The position numbers and the translations under genes were made by a program. DNA of 63,196 bases, filler included, from Octopus bimaculoides (lineage: Eukaryota): the NCBI RefSeq assembly GCF_001194135.2. It is 4 parts of 4 records of this genome, joined end to end, with 100 filler letters (N's around TTAATTAATTAA, not from the genome) between each part and the next. Parts side by side here need not be neighbours in the genome. Positions count along the whole stretch, not along the records: positions 1 to 29,620 come from NC_068981.1; 3 more parts are not named here. One strand, given 5' to 3'. Positions 13,331 to 24,944 of this stretch are shown piece after piece. How positions within the stretch are numbered: the stretch's first letter is position 1; each line of letters begins with the position of its first letter. Under the pieces are notes generated by a model. The model ran no database searches, was not told the origin of the DNA, and saw only the letters and a list, made by a program, of their open reading frames with translations.

Positions 13331-13726
13331 TGTAGTGAGGCACAAAGAAGCCAGCACCACTTTGAAACAGTGAGATCTTGCCTGCAACCATTGCCATATG
13401 CGAGACAAAAATGAGATCTCGCCTGCAACCATTATTTAAGGAAAAGACAACATTTTCCCTCTCATTCTTCTCATGCTGATGCCGAGCAAGATTTTGAAGC
13501 CACACTTCGAGCTCACACCAGACTTTTGTCCTGCTGTGATACCACATGCATTGTCTCCAGAGGTTATTGAACCTCACATGTATGGGAGAGAAGGCTAACT
13601 ATGCACTGCTGTGAAGATGGTTACTGAAAGCAAATCCCTTGTATGAAGCACCTGTGCATAAACGGTTATTGAATTTACTCTGCCTGAGAACTTCATTCTT
13701 TGTATTTCCAGCTCCTTGAATCAACA
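13331..13726 (+). repeat. Putative 3' LTR of the Gypsy element
   Basis: Follows GGGGAGCCCC (PPT-like); starts TGTAGT and ends TCAACA. The right boundary is inferred because no partner LTR is present. Confidence 0.6.
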
Positions 13727-13915
13727 GAATAATTATAATGGAAGAAGAAGATATCCCAAAAGTATAATAAAAACCTTCCTTCCATTATAGGCTAATTAGG
13801 CAAGATTTCAACCATTTCACTGACCATTCATATTGTCATGTTTCTTTTTGGATGCTCTCCAAGAAAATTCATAGTGATGTAATTGATATTTATTGCAAGA
13901 ACATCAACATATGTA

Positions 13916-14323
13916 GGCGTAAGAGTGGCTGTGTGGTAAGTAGCTTGCTTACCAACCACATGGTCCCGGGTTCAGTCCCACTGCGTGGCATCTTGGGCAA
14001 GTGTCTTCTACTATAGCCTCGGGCCAACCAAAGCCTTGTGAGTGGATATGGTAGACAGAAACTGAAAGAAGCCCGTCATATATATGTATATGTATATATA
14101 TATATGTATGTGTGTATGTGTTTGTGTGTCTGTGTTTGTCCCCCCAACATCGCTTGACAACTGATGCTGGTGTGTTTATGTCCCTGTCACTTAGTGGTTC
14201 GGCAAAAGAGACCGATAGAATAAGTACTAGGCTTCTAAAGAATAAGTCCTGGGGTCGATTTGCTCGACTAAAGGTGGTGCTCCAGCATGGCGACAGTCAA
14301 AAGACTGAAACAAGTAAAAGAGT
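13916..14323 (+). mobile_element. tRNA-derived SINE family A (internal TA/TG microsatellite), full length
   Basis: Head GGCTGTGTGGTAAG...GGGTTCAGTCCC, body ending GACTGAAACAAGTAAAAGAGT. About ten homologous copies in the window. Confidence 0.9.
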
Positions 14324-14469
14324 ATATAAAAGAACAAAAGACACAGGTATTTTCATTTAGGTGTTTCCAAATGACAAAAAAAAAGAAAGAAAAGGAAAAT
14401 AGAAAAGTGGTTGAGATACATTGCTTCATGCAGAGAAATTAGAAGGCAATATGGAGTAAATAATGATAC

Positions 14470-15190
14470 TCTTCAAGAAGATGAAAATCAACAACATAGT
14501 TGTGGAGAAATGGAAATTGGGTGCCAGTTTTGTGGTGCATTAAACATTTAACCAGAATGTTTTGTTGATGGGAAATTTAACAACTGTTGTCACAAGGGCA
14601 AAGTTTGTTACTGTATCAGCTAGATCTCCTTGAATATTTATAGGAGTGAATGAGCAATCCAGAGCATATACATTCTCAAAAATTCAAGGACACTCTTAGA
14701 TCTCATTTTCCCTTTGCATCCATGGGTGCAGAGATTGTTGAACCATCTACATGTGATTCTTATCATTTCAGAGTGCATGGTCTAATCTATCACCATGTAT
14801 CTAACATGCACCCAAATGATGGTGAGTGTTGACAGTTTGCATCACTCCATGTAGTTGACTCCAGTGACACAAATTATACAAGAATGAATGATAGATATGA
14901 TCATGGCTGTCTCAATGAAAGTATTCAAAATGAAATCCTGGCAATTTCATAAGAGAAAACAATGTATTCATAAAAGTGTAAAGAAAACATGAAAGCTGTG
15001 ATAGAAAATTGCTATTTATTTTGGAGAAACAGAAATTCTTGTAGGAGATGATGCAATTTTCCAACTGTGATAGTTACAAATAAAGATGGAGAGCTATTTT
15101 AAATGGATTTCTGAGCATTTCCCCACAATGATAATAGTCCTTTGACTAATTTAAATATACCTAGTCCTAACCTTGATCTAATGACGTAAT
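14470..15190 (+). mobile_element. Helitron Rep/helicase N-terminal pseudogene fragment
   Basis: CQFCGAL...NCCHKGKV; FPFASMGA...YHFRVHGLIYH; SPNLDLMT. These resemble the Helitron CxxCGA/CCxxGK and FxIHGQxYH motifs. Confidence 0.75.
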
Positions 15191-15948
15191 TTTTTTATTA
15201 TGACAATGTTTTTCATGGAGCTGAATAACTTGATTATTTAAAAATCAATAATTTGGTAAATCAGTGACCCATTCTTATTGTATAATTTTTTAAAAACATA
15301 GCTTTCCTCTACAGTTGTATTAAAAGGATAATTGCTAATATGGAACATCATTTCTCTTTGTCTACACTTCTGCTTCAAACTTGAGCTGTTGTTCTTGTAG
15401 ACTGGATCTCCATCCACATTAGTGTCTATTTTCTGCTATCATGGGATAGTTTTTTGTACACTCACTATTATTCTTCATTCATTGTGTATTTGGATTTTCA
15501 TGTCAAGGGTCCATGTCTCATATACCTTAGTGCTATTTGATGACGTACAGACTGTGTTTCAGGATCAGGAATTTCAGCACAAACTGTTTTACCAATATCA
15601 TTAGAATCAATATTATTTTAAGATGTTAAAATATGAAACTGATATGTTACATCCATTGTTAATTAATAGTCAAAATGTGTTACTGTTATTGATAGCATAT
15701 TTACCGCAAATGTACAAATGTGGATTTATAAAAAATTTTTATTAAATTAGCACTATAAAATTTCAGTGCATGAATTTCTCATCTAGCACTCATACTGTAT
15801 TACCACTGCCACTGCTACCACCACCATCACTGTCATCATCATCATTTCTATTTTCAGTGAGTAGTAGGAGCATTTACCATAGCACCCACCGGTACTAGAG
15901 AGGTAGTCCCACTTATCATTCACCTGTGGAAGGAGCATAGCAGGTTCC

Positions 15949-16009
15949 ACCATAGCACTAGCACACCATAGCACTAGCACACCATAGCACTAGCACACCA
16001 TAGCACTAG
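15949..16009. repeat. 16-bp tandem repeat x3.8
   Basis: ACCATAGCACTAGCAC repeated. Confidence 0.9.
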
Positions 16010-17139
16010 TGGGGGTGCCATGCACACAATGAATTTAGAGAGTTCTTAATAATCTGTGGTGAGAAAAGGAATGAGAGAGAGAATAATGGCAACAAAAAGG
16101 CCAGAAATGGATAGAGGGAAAAAATAAGCCAGAGCATGTATATTTGCTCAGATGACTGAGGAAGGGGAGCAAAAGAAGGAGCAATGTCATCAGAAGGGTC
16201 AGAATGGGAGGTAAAATGTAAGGAGTGAGTATGTGATGGAAAAAAGGTAGGAATAGTTAAGAGTGCAGTCAGGAGAGGAGTGAATGGCAATAGTAGAAAT
16301 GGTCAAAGGTAAGGCTGGGTGGGTGAAAGGAGCAAGAGTATGATGAATAAGCAGGGATATTTGGAGTGAAGTTAGCAGTGTGTGATTGGCAGAGGTGGAC
16401 AAAGTTAAGGGTGGGCAATGAGATAAAGATAGAGGTAAGTGATGAGTAATACTACAGGTGGCCCAGAGGAGATTGTGTGCTTGCTTGTAGTACAGTATGG
16501 TGAAGTTAGAGTGTATTGGGTATGGGAATGAGTGTAAAGCAATATAGTGTCATTGTAAAAAGGATGGTGTTGCCAGTACAGGTGGTGGAGAGATGATAGA
16601 TGGAGCATCATGAGTGATAAGGAGTTGAACAATAGCTTACTGAGTGGGGGATATGGAGTGGGAAATGCAAGGTAGCAAAAGCTGGGGATGCAAGGCTGCA
16701 AAAGTGGCATGGCAGAGTACAAAATATCTCAGCCTCTAGGCAATACCATTGTATCAATGTTTGCTTTGTCATTAGAAGTTGAATCTTCTATGAAATAAAA
16801 AATATTATCTTTGGTGGCTTGAAGATTTGCTAAACTTATAAGTTGTTTGTAGTTATCTACTTGATATGCAATTCTATCAAAATAAATAAGGGTGTCTGTA
16901 ATAAATTCACACTCCATGGTATACATCTTAATTTTATTTTTATGAGTTAAGATAACAGATGAAAGACTAATGACTTGTAGGTATGTGGTATTTCATTCTG
17001 CAACCATAATATACTACAAAGTATATTAAATGTTTTTATAAGTCAATACCATGTTCTACTGTGTTAGCAGTGCTTTTTGCATTATTTTGTTAAGGTTATT
17101 TCTACAGATATTCTGTAGAAATTATAGCCAGCTCTGATT

Positions 17140-19150
17140 TTTGCTACAATGATTTTACAGTCAGAAAGAACACCTGCATGTTATGGTCTCCCTAAAATAC
17201 ACAAAATACTTGAAAAATTTCCTCTAATGTGCCCAATTTGCAGTGGATGTAAATGCTGTACAGCCAAGATTTCAGAATGGCTTGGTGGCTTTCTATTTAC
17301 TGTCGCAAAAGATCAAGTTCCTATATTCAGGATACTTTTGATTTTGTGTCTAAAATCAACAACTTTTTTAAGCACGGAAGCCATGTCAGAAACTGTTTTT
17401 TGGTAACGAGGAATGTTTCTTCCTTATATCCCAATATTGACCACAATGAAGGGGTAGAAGCATGCATAAATGCCTTTGAAAAATGATCAACAAAAGTGTT
17501 CCATCAAATTTTGTCTGTAGGTTATTGAGACTTGTGTTACGAAGTAACACAATGAAGATTGGACAGAAATTTTACCACCAGATGTGGGGTTGCACCATGG
17601 GTACCCCATGGCAGTTAATTTCTCTGTCTTCACAACAAAATTCAAGAAGACAAAATTCAACAAAATACTGAAGACATTCAAATCCCTACATGGATTTGAA
17701 CCAATACTCTGATTATGGTTCATTGATGATGTCTTTTTTGTCTGGGAAAGGTTACAGGATAGTTTAATGGACTTCTTGCCTTTCTGTGACTGTTATGCTA
17801 AAAACTATGGCTTTAACTCCAACATAAAATTTATGTTTTTCAAAAACTAGAATTGAATTTTTAGACACAAAAGTTGTTTTCTGGAAGCAGAATAGTGACA
17901 GAGTTATTTTTCAAGCCCACATTATCCCACATTTACCGCCACTCCAATTATCCACATCATATAATTCGGTCAAATTTGAAATTCTAAGTTTTGAGGATTA
18001 AACAGATTTGTACTGACATAGAGGATTACTGGAAACATGCAAATGCTTTTTTTACACCATTATGTCAGACGCATTTACAGTGAATCACAATTAAAGGAAA
18101 TAGCAAATGAGATAGCTAAGATTAGCAAAGAAAGTCAAACCTTCACGCATAATTTTAGCAAACACAATACAATATGTGACAGAATTCCTTTAGCAATTAA
18201 CTGGTACCGAAATTTTGCTGGCATTTCAAAAGTGTTGCATGAAAGTTACCAGCATGTTGCAGAAAAATATCCTTGTTTGAAACAGATATTTCCTCAGCCA
18301 CCTATTGTAGCCTTTAGACAGAATAAAAATATAAGAGAATTATTGACCTCTATTTCTGACTCCAAGAAAATGAACATTGGAGTATCTGCACTCTGTACCT
18401 TGAAAAGCAGCCACAAGGGATGTAAGCCCTGTTCATTGTGCAACAACATGTGTCAAGTGAATTCCATCAGGAGTCATAACAGAAATGTTATCATTTATAC
18501 AAAAGGTAGGACATGTAGAGATTCCCACATTGTGTATGTGGCAAAATGCATGAAACACAACTTGATTTATGTTGGTTGTACTGTTGTACAACTAAACAAA
18601 AGATTTAATGGGCACAGATTCGACGTCAGGCACAAGAACAGTAGTTCAACAGAACTTGCCGAACATTTTGCTTCAAACAGCTGCAATTTCGAAAAAGACT
18701 TAAAAGTGCATATTCTCAAAAAATGTTCTGAATCTGCTACACTTTCAATACTCAAAATACATGAAGAGAAATATGTTTGCAGGTTATTAACATCACACCC
18801 TGGAGGAATGAATAAAATGACAGAAGAATTTCATCAAATTTATTCAAAACTGTTTGATTAAATATTCTTCTTTTTTTCCTTTTCTTTTTTTGCTTTGCTT
18901 TTTTTTTCTCTTGTTTTTCCTGTCTTTTTCTCTTCGCCAGTTATAAAATTGAAACTTAAAGACTGATGATGTCATTCCATCAACATGTGGATGCTGGTTG
19001 GTCTTGTTCATATTTTAGATCTAAATTTCTGTAATTTTGAATTTTTATCACTTTTTATTTTGAATTTGACCAAGACAGGCTTGCTGTCGAAATATCATTC
19101 ACCCAATAAAATATCTATTGCAATTGCATCGTGCTCTTCATTTTGTCTTT
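17140..19150 (+). mobile_element. Penelope-like element (RT + Cys linker + GIY-YIG; Neptune/Naiad-like), frameshifted
   Basis: CYGLPKIHK; NVSSLYPNI; QMWGCTMGTP; WFIDDVFFVW. ORF 18037-18861 has GCKPCSLC linker and IVYVAKCMKHNLIYVGCT...RFNGH...LAEHF. Confidence 0.9.
19061..19101 (+). ncRNA. Degenerate minimal type I hammerhead ribozyme in the PLE 3' region
   Basis: TGAAT-TTGACCAA-GACAG-GCTTG-CTGTC-GAA-ATAT-C-ATTCA. Stem I (TGAAT/ATTCA) and stem II (GACAG/CTGTC) are perfect, ATAT is palindromic, AATAAA lies at 19105. Core has two changes from CTGANGA. Confidence 0.65.
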
Positions 19151-19837
19151 CCCTTTGTGAAGAATTACGTCAATCCTTTTAAAATTTAGTTGTTGTTGTT
19201 GTTATTATTATTATTATTATTATCATTATTATTCATTACTGACTATGATTGCTAATATAACATGATAAATGTGATTGTCAGGCTGATGAAAGCTGAAAAA
19301 AATTCAACAGAAAAGGTATTTGATATTAAGGGAAATAATATAATAAGGTATCGCAGTAATATTAAAGAAAATGATATGATAATAAGACGGCATTTTGGAT
19401 GCCTTATTATTATTATTATATAGAGGCTGAAAGGATTGAATGTAAACAAGTAGTTGAGCGGTGATTGTCACATGTCATGCGACAAAATGAACTCAGAAAT
19501 TAAACTTAACTGGAAACTGAACAACTCTCTGCTTCTTCTTCACCTACAAAGCAATATGTGTGAAAGCAATGTGTTCATTACACATGTAATTTACTGATAT
19601 AAGGGGACTTCAAGACCCTGCGGTGTTTTGTCCTTGTGTGTTTGATTTGGTGAGAACATATTAAGATTGAATAGCTATGTTATTGTTTGGGTTCTCTCTG
19701 TTCTGCATACACCCCATGAATTATTACCTGTTTGGCGGACATCAGCACAAATTAGTTAATAGTTTGTTTGCTGATTCCTATAAGTAAGAGTTCATGTTCT
19801 TGTCAGATTCATTAGTTTGAAATGACTTCAACTGAAA

Positions 19838-20062
19838 ACATTATTTACAATTGACGGATTTTTGTCCTCATCTTGTTTGTTGTTAACACAATGTTTCGGC
19901 TGATATACCCTCCAGCCTTCATCAGGTGTCTTGGGGAAATTTTGAACCTGGGTTTTCATTCCTAAGGTATTTTTCAAGGTTATTATTATTATTATTCAGG
20001 TCACTGCCTGGAATCAAACTTGGAATCCTTGCTCTTAACCACTACGCCATATGCCCGTGGGC
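19838..20062 (-). mobile_element. SINE family D (tRNA head + AAT linker + hammerhead-like body), copy 1
   Basis: Minus strand starts GCCCACGGGCATATGGCGTAGTGGTTAAGAGC; highly similar to 27964-28218; small deletion in the tRNA part. Confidence 0.85.
19885..19930 (-). ncRNA. Minimal hammerhead ribozyme fold (stem III palindrome broken)
   Basis: GACAC-CTGATGA-A-GGCTG-GAGGGTATAT-CAGCC-GAA-ACAT-T-GTGTT. Confidence 0.6.
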
Positions 20063-21298
20063 AATTATGGAGTGGCTTATAAATCTAATATTCTCCTATT
20101 CCTTAATACCAGTTCCCATATGCTGTTCATATCTGCACTTGGTCTGCTTAGGAGGTTGTTGTGTCCTTCCAGTGGTGTTCTCTGTCTATTATTTTAACTT
20201 CATCCCACGTTAATCTTAATATATAAAGCTGAAGTTGTGTGTCTGTGTGAAGCCTTTTTAAAAGTGTATAGAAATCCACATTTTCCACTTTTTCGTAAAA
20301 AGTTTTACATCAATGGAATTTTCTCGATGTGAACTTTCCAGCGCAGTAATTAAATTTTTTAAATTCTGTTTACTTTGTGTGATTTAAGGGAGATTTGGCT
20401 GTTGCTTCTAGCAACTTTTATATTTCTTCCCTTCTACCTGGAACAGCGTTCTTACACACGCGCTCAACATATAATATAGAGAGTAAGAGTAAAAGAGGGA
20501 GATAGAGAGAGAGAGAAAGTGATAGATACAAAGTCATAGATTAAACTTTCCTCTCAGTATTCTTTACCTATTTTTCATAACAGACAACCACACATACGTG
20601 ATCTGTGACAACAACATACACATTGCTATCGTTCTCTATTCATTTCTCCCCCTCTTCCTCTCTCGCTCTCTCAAACGCATGCACATGCAAGTAAACATAA
20701 TCATTCACAAAAATATAACTCATGTTCGTCAATGTGGCATAACTACAGAGTTGTACCCCCCGACTTTGGAAGGTCAAAACTTTCAGAAAAATTAATATAT
20801 TTTTATGAAATTTTCTATGCATATATTGTTTATTATGTAGATTCTGAATATACAAAAATTTTCGGTGAAAGTGTTTTGGGAGGGGGTGGGGGACAATTTT
20901 CGGAAATACCACTTAAATTCCTCTTAACTTTCACGAAAAGGAATATTTTTTCGTGAAATTTTCTACAAATATACCTTGATGTATGTACATTTCAAGCATG
21001 TAGGAATTTTGAAGGAAACAACTGCAGGTTATTTTTGAGAACTGTTCCCCACTCGATGGTGTTACGGAGCAAGTCGTCCATATTTGTTTCATTTTTCTCT
21101 AATATGTGCTTATGTGCATCTGTAGATTTCTAATGAAGTAATAGGCAGTGAAGAGAAGCCGTCATAAGAAAACTTTTAACTACCTCTTCCTCTCTCACTC
21201 TCTCAAACACATACATGTGCAAGTACACAATCATTCAGTAAAATATAACTCATGTTCGTCAATGTTTTGTAAATATACAACGATTTTCACTAGGGTGT

Positions 21299-21410
21299 TG
21301 GGGTTAGGGTTTTAGGGTTAGGGTTAGGATTAGTGTTACGGTTACGGTTTTAGGGTCAGGGTTAGTGTTTTAGGTTTATGGTTAGTGTTAGGATTAGGAT
21401 TAGGGTTGGG
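21299..21410 (+). repeat. Degenerate telomere-like (TTAGGG)n tract
   Basis: GGGTTAGGGTTTTAGGGTTAGGGTTAGGATTAG... with TTACGG, TCAGGG and TTAGGA variants. Confidence 0.8.
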
Positions 21411-21559
21411 TAATCATGCGGGTGTTAATCTGAAAAATTACAGATATGTGAAAAGTACCGACCCTGCCATCTATTATAACTTTTGTTCTTCTGTTTAATA
21501 TATACATAGATTATGTATCCAAAGAAGAGAGTTTGCTGTGGAAAGACAGCAACCGGTTT

Positions 21560-21810
21560 AAAATGACAGCAACAGACTGCAGCAATTCACCACATTCCAG
21601 AAGCCACTTTGAACATAATGCAAAATGGTGCATCAACATCTTCTGCCCAATCTGATAGAATTCTGGCAAAACTGTGTAGCAACAGATCGCCAGCAATTGC
21701 TTCATCACAAATTGCCATCCTAGCTCCTGCTAAAAGGGATTACCCTGCTATGTATAATCAGGGCAGCGCAAAAAGTTGTTTTGCACAAGCATTTCTATAG
21801 CCAATTAGAC
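21560..21810 (-). mobile_element. Possible Helitron PIF1-helicase fragment
   Basis: Minus frame LLAGARMAICDEA...FARILSD...DAPF...VASG resembles the PIF1 LIIWDEA...DRxLRD...PFGG...xGD region. Weak. Confidence 0.4.
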
Positions 21811-22120
21811 GGATGAAATTTACGTACACTTAATAATTTTACGCAAAACAGCCTTCAGATTTTCCCTATTAATTTCATCGTATTTTGAATTATGAACATA
21901 TTTACATCATAAGGGTTTTTTCATTGTAAGGCTTTATTTTTTAGTTGATTTTCACCTAGCAAGACTTATCGTAGATGGCGTAATAAGTCACACCCAGACA
22001 AGGTCAGGTTATACTGTTAGTATTGTAATAAATTTATTACAAAATATTACAGTAAATTCTAAATGTATTTTTATTTGTTTTTTAATTTTATCAATTTCTT
22101 ATTTTTTCTGAACATCTTAG

Positions 22121-22287
22121 GCATTTATGGACACAGTGCAGTATATCACCTTGCTGTTGCTACAATTTACATTTATGGAGGAATGCTATTTACAAAATAT
22201 TACAAGTTTCATCCTTCAAAAGAATTATATACATTTGACGTTGACAAATTGCAATGGAACATTCTGCAGGCATCAGATGAGAGAATG
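22121..22287 (+). CDS. MEGF8: MEGF8 internal exon (kelch repeat)
   Basis: cttAG acceptor, GTAAAT donor at 22288. Phase-1 join G+GC=Gly gives GIYGHSAVYHLAVATIYIYGG...PSKELYTFDVDKLQWNIL, matching MEGF8 GLYGHSAVYH...PSPELY. Confidence 0.92.
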
Positions 22288-23232
22288 GTAAATATTTTTC
22301 ATTTGAAAGAAATGTCTTTCTTTTTCTTTTCAGTTTTGGAAGAGAACATGTTTCTTTTCATTTTCCATTTGTTTTTCCAAGCTTGCATTTATTTCAATGA
22401 TTTGCAAATTTGGAAAGTTATATGTTGGTATTTCATTTAATTGTGAAGTAGTGAAAATATCTAATAATTACAAATTCAGTATGCTTCATTGATTATACAC
22501 ACACATACTAGTTATACATATATGTATTTGTGTACACACATCTATAAATGCTTACACATTTACATGTATAAAAAAAATAGCAACACATGCACAGAAACAC
22601 ATTTGTAAAAATATATTTTCATATATGCACACAATAGTTATTAGCAATGAAAGTAATTAATACTGAATAACAATCTTTATATATCCTTCTTAATGAGGCT
22701 ATGCTTTAACAATACCATAGTACTCTGGAAAAGATTACTTAATCTCTCAAGGTACTGCCATTGCCATAAATTGTTAAAGGAACAACTAATATCTGAAGCT
22801 GCTTATGTGCAGATTTGTAATTACATACTTCCTGTTGGTTAAGTAGAATATAAAAATTGCTGTTTGGTACTGATACTGCTTCCATCACTAATAATTTTTT
22901 TTTCCAGCTTGCTAACTGTTTGTGACACCAGTAACTCAGTGTCTTATTAGGCTCTTTTTTTCTATATATCAGTATGGATGAAGTTTGGCTAGCATGCAGC
23001 GATTGCAGATACCTGCTGCTAGTAACATGCAAACATATAGAAATCATGTGATCTAGCAATTCCACTGATGGTGCTGGAAATTTTTTGTCTGCTACTAAAA
23101 TTTATGTGCTTTTTAGCACTAAATATCTACATGACATGCTTTCTTAAGAGGAATACCACAGTATTATGGCATCTTGAACTATATCCATGTTAAGTAGGCT
23201 ATAAAGAATGCTCTGTCTGTCTGTCTCCCCCC

Positions 23233-23275
<43 letters not shown>

Positions 23276-23369
23276 GTTAAGTTAATATGTTAAATTTTTC
23301 TTTGCTCGTTTGCCTGATTTCTGTTGGTCTGTTTTGATTTTTCAGTGAGTTTGGTGACTTGTTTGAGTA

Positions 23370-24068
23370 TTTTAACTCTTATTTCATTGGGCCTCACCGA
23401 GACAATGACTTCTGACTGAGACCTTTGGAAATATGCTGTGCGTGAGAAGACCCGGCAAGCCAAGTGAGACCTAAGTCCAAGGCCTCTGCCAGGGGTGTAG
23501 CCAGCCCACTTATGCGTACCTTCCTTCATTGGACACTAANNNNNNNNNNNNNNNNNNNNNNNNNNNNNNNNNNNNNNNNNNNNNNNNNNNNNNNNNNNNN
23601 NNNNNNNNNNNNNNNNNNNNNNNNNNNNNNNNNNNNNNNNNNNNNNNNNNNNNNNNNNNNNNNNNNNNNNNNNNNNNNNNNNNNNNNNNNNNNNNNNNNN
23701 NNNNNNNNNNNNNNNNNNNNNNNNNNNNNNNNNNNNNNNNNNNNNNNNNNNNNNNNNNNNNNNNNNTTTGAGCGAGATCGTTGCCAGTGCCGCTGGACTT
23801 GTTCCTGTACAGGTGACACGTAAAATACACCAATTTGAGCGTGGCCATTGCCAGTACCGCCTGACTGGCCTTCGTGCGGGTGGCACGTAAAAGCACCCAA
23901 TACACTCTTGGAGTGGTTGGTGTTAGGAAGGGCATCCAGCTGTAGAAACTCTGCCAAATCAAATTGGAGCCTGGTGTAGCCATCTGGTTCACCAGTCCTC
24001 AGTCAAATCGTCCAACCCATGCTAGCATGGAAAGCGGATGTTAAACGATGATGATGATGATGATGATG
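23370..24068 (+). mobile_element. RTE LINE 3' end (ORF2 C-terminus + modular 3' UTR + (GAT)n tail), gap inside
   Basis: LGLTETMTSD*DLWKYAVREKTRQAK*, then UTR ending CCATGCTAGCATGGAAAGCGGATGTTAAACGATGATGAT. Homologous to 29310-29620, 59796-60209 and 61396-61718. Confidence 0.8.
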
Positions 24069-24296
24069 ATTTTTAGCAAGCTGGTACTTCGTGTACCCTC
24101 TGTTATAATTATTTATTAATTATAAAATTTTATATAATTATATATATATAGTCAACAGGTGAGATCCAGAGGTGTTCAATATAGAAAACATATAATAGTG
24201 CTCACACGATTTAAACTTATACTCCAAAGTCTTTATCAAGGACTAAGTCCATGGGGTAAAGAGTGGTTATAAAAGGAATCCAGGTGAGATGACAGG

Positions 24297-24820
24297 GAGA
24301 TAGTGATGCAAATAAACACACTTGGGCTTGATATATAAAATATAAATACATACATATACACATGTAAATCTATATAGGGATATACATAGAGAGAGAAACA
24401 ATAACTGAAAATATTCAGATGAAAGCTTGTGTTTAAGCATATAGATATTTGTAAATTTATAGAACAAATTTACATGGAGTACAAAAATATAGAAAACAAA
24501 GGAGAGAGGGCATGGTCTGACAACACATTCCACATATCAACATTACAAATATTACGTAATTGTGAGACCCCAGAAATAGCTATTGGACCTGAAATATCAT
24601 GCCCTCTCTCTTTTGTTTTCTGTATTTTTTGTACTCCATGTAAATTTGTTCTGTAAATATATGAATATCTACATGCTTATACATGAGTGTTCATCTGAAT
24701 ATTTTCAGTTTTTGTTTCTCTATATATCCCTATATATATTTACATGTGTATATGCATGTATGTATATTTATGTAGATTTCATATATCAAACCCAAGTGTG
24801 TTTATTTGCATCACTATCTC
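24297..24820. repeat. Long imperfect inverted repeat (about 220-bp arms, 83-bp spacer)
   Basis: Arm 24297-24514 is the reverse complement of 24598-24820 (GAGATAGTGATGCAAATAAACACACTTGGG / CCCAAGTGTGTTTATTTGCATCACTATCTC). Confidence 0.92.
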
Positions 24821-24944
24821 TCTCTCTATGTGTGCGTGTGCGTGTGTGTGTGTGTGTGTACACAGATTGGCAGAAAGGCAGATTGTATAATGCCTGTGTC
24901 ACTGCTACATGGCTATAAAACTGGGGTCATAAATGCAGAAAACA

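Larger units (their letters stand above)
9024..13726 (+). mobile_element. Degenerate Ty3/Gypsy LTR retrotransposon (gag-PR-RT-RNaseH-IN plus 3' LTR; no 5' LTR found)
   Basis: gag WFAQLDAYF...LGDRAPSEFL and CWYHARF; RT PWASPLH, DYRRLNAVT, KTTVTTPFGSFEFLFMSFGLRNA, AYVDNLL; RNaseH NASDSVVGAVL; integrase HSLSHPG...CVKCQ and HPASNGMVECFHRQLKAAL. Many stops and frameshifts. Confidence 0.92.

Noticed and set aside
16010-16720. Purine-rich stretch with Pro/Ser/His-rich minus-strand ORFs (similar composition at 50946-51314)
   Set aside because: Low complexity; possibly an old transposon region but no motif could be assigned.
22739-23065. 108-aa minus-strand ORF
   Set aside because: No recognisable domain; the plus-strand acceptor at about 22908 leads to stops in all frames.
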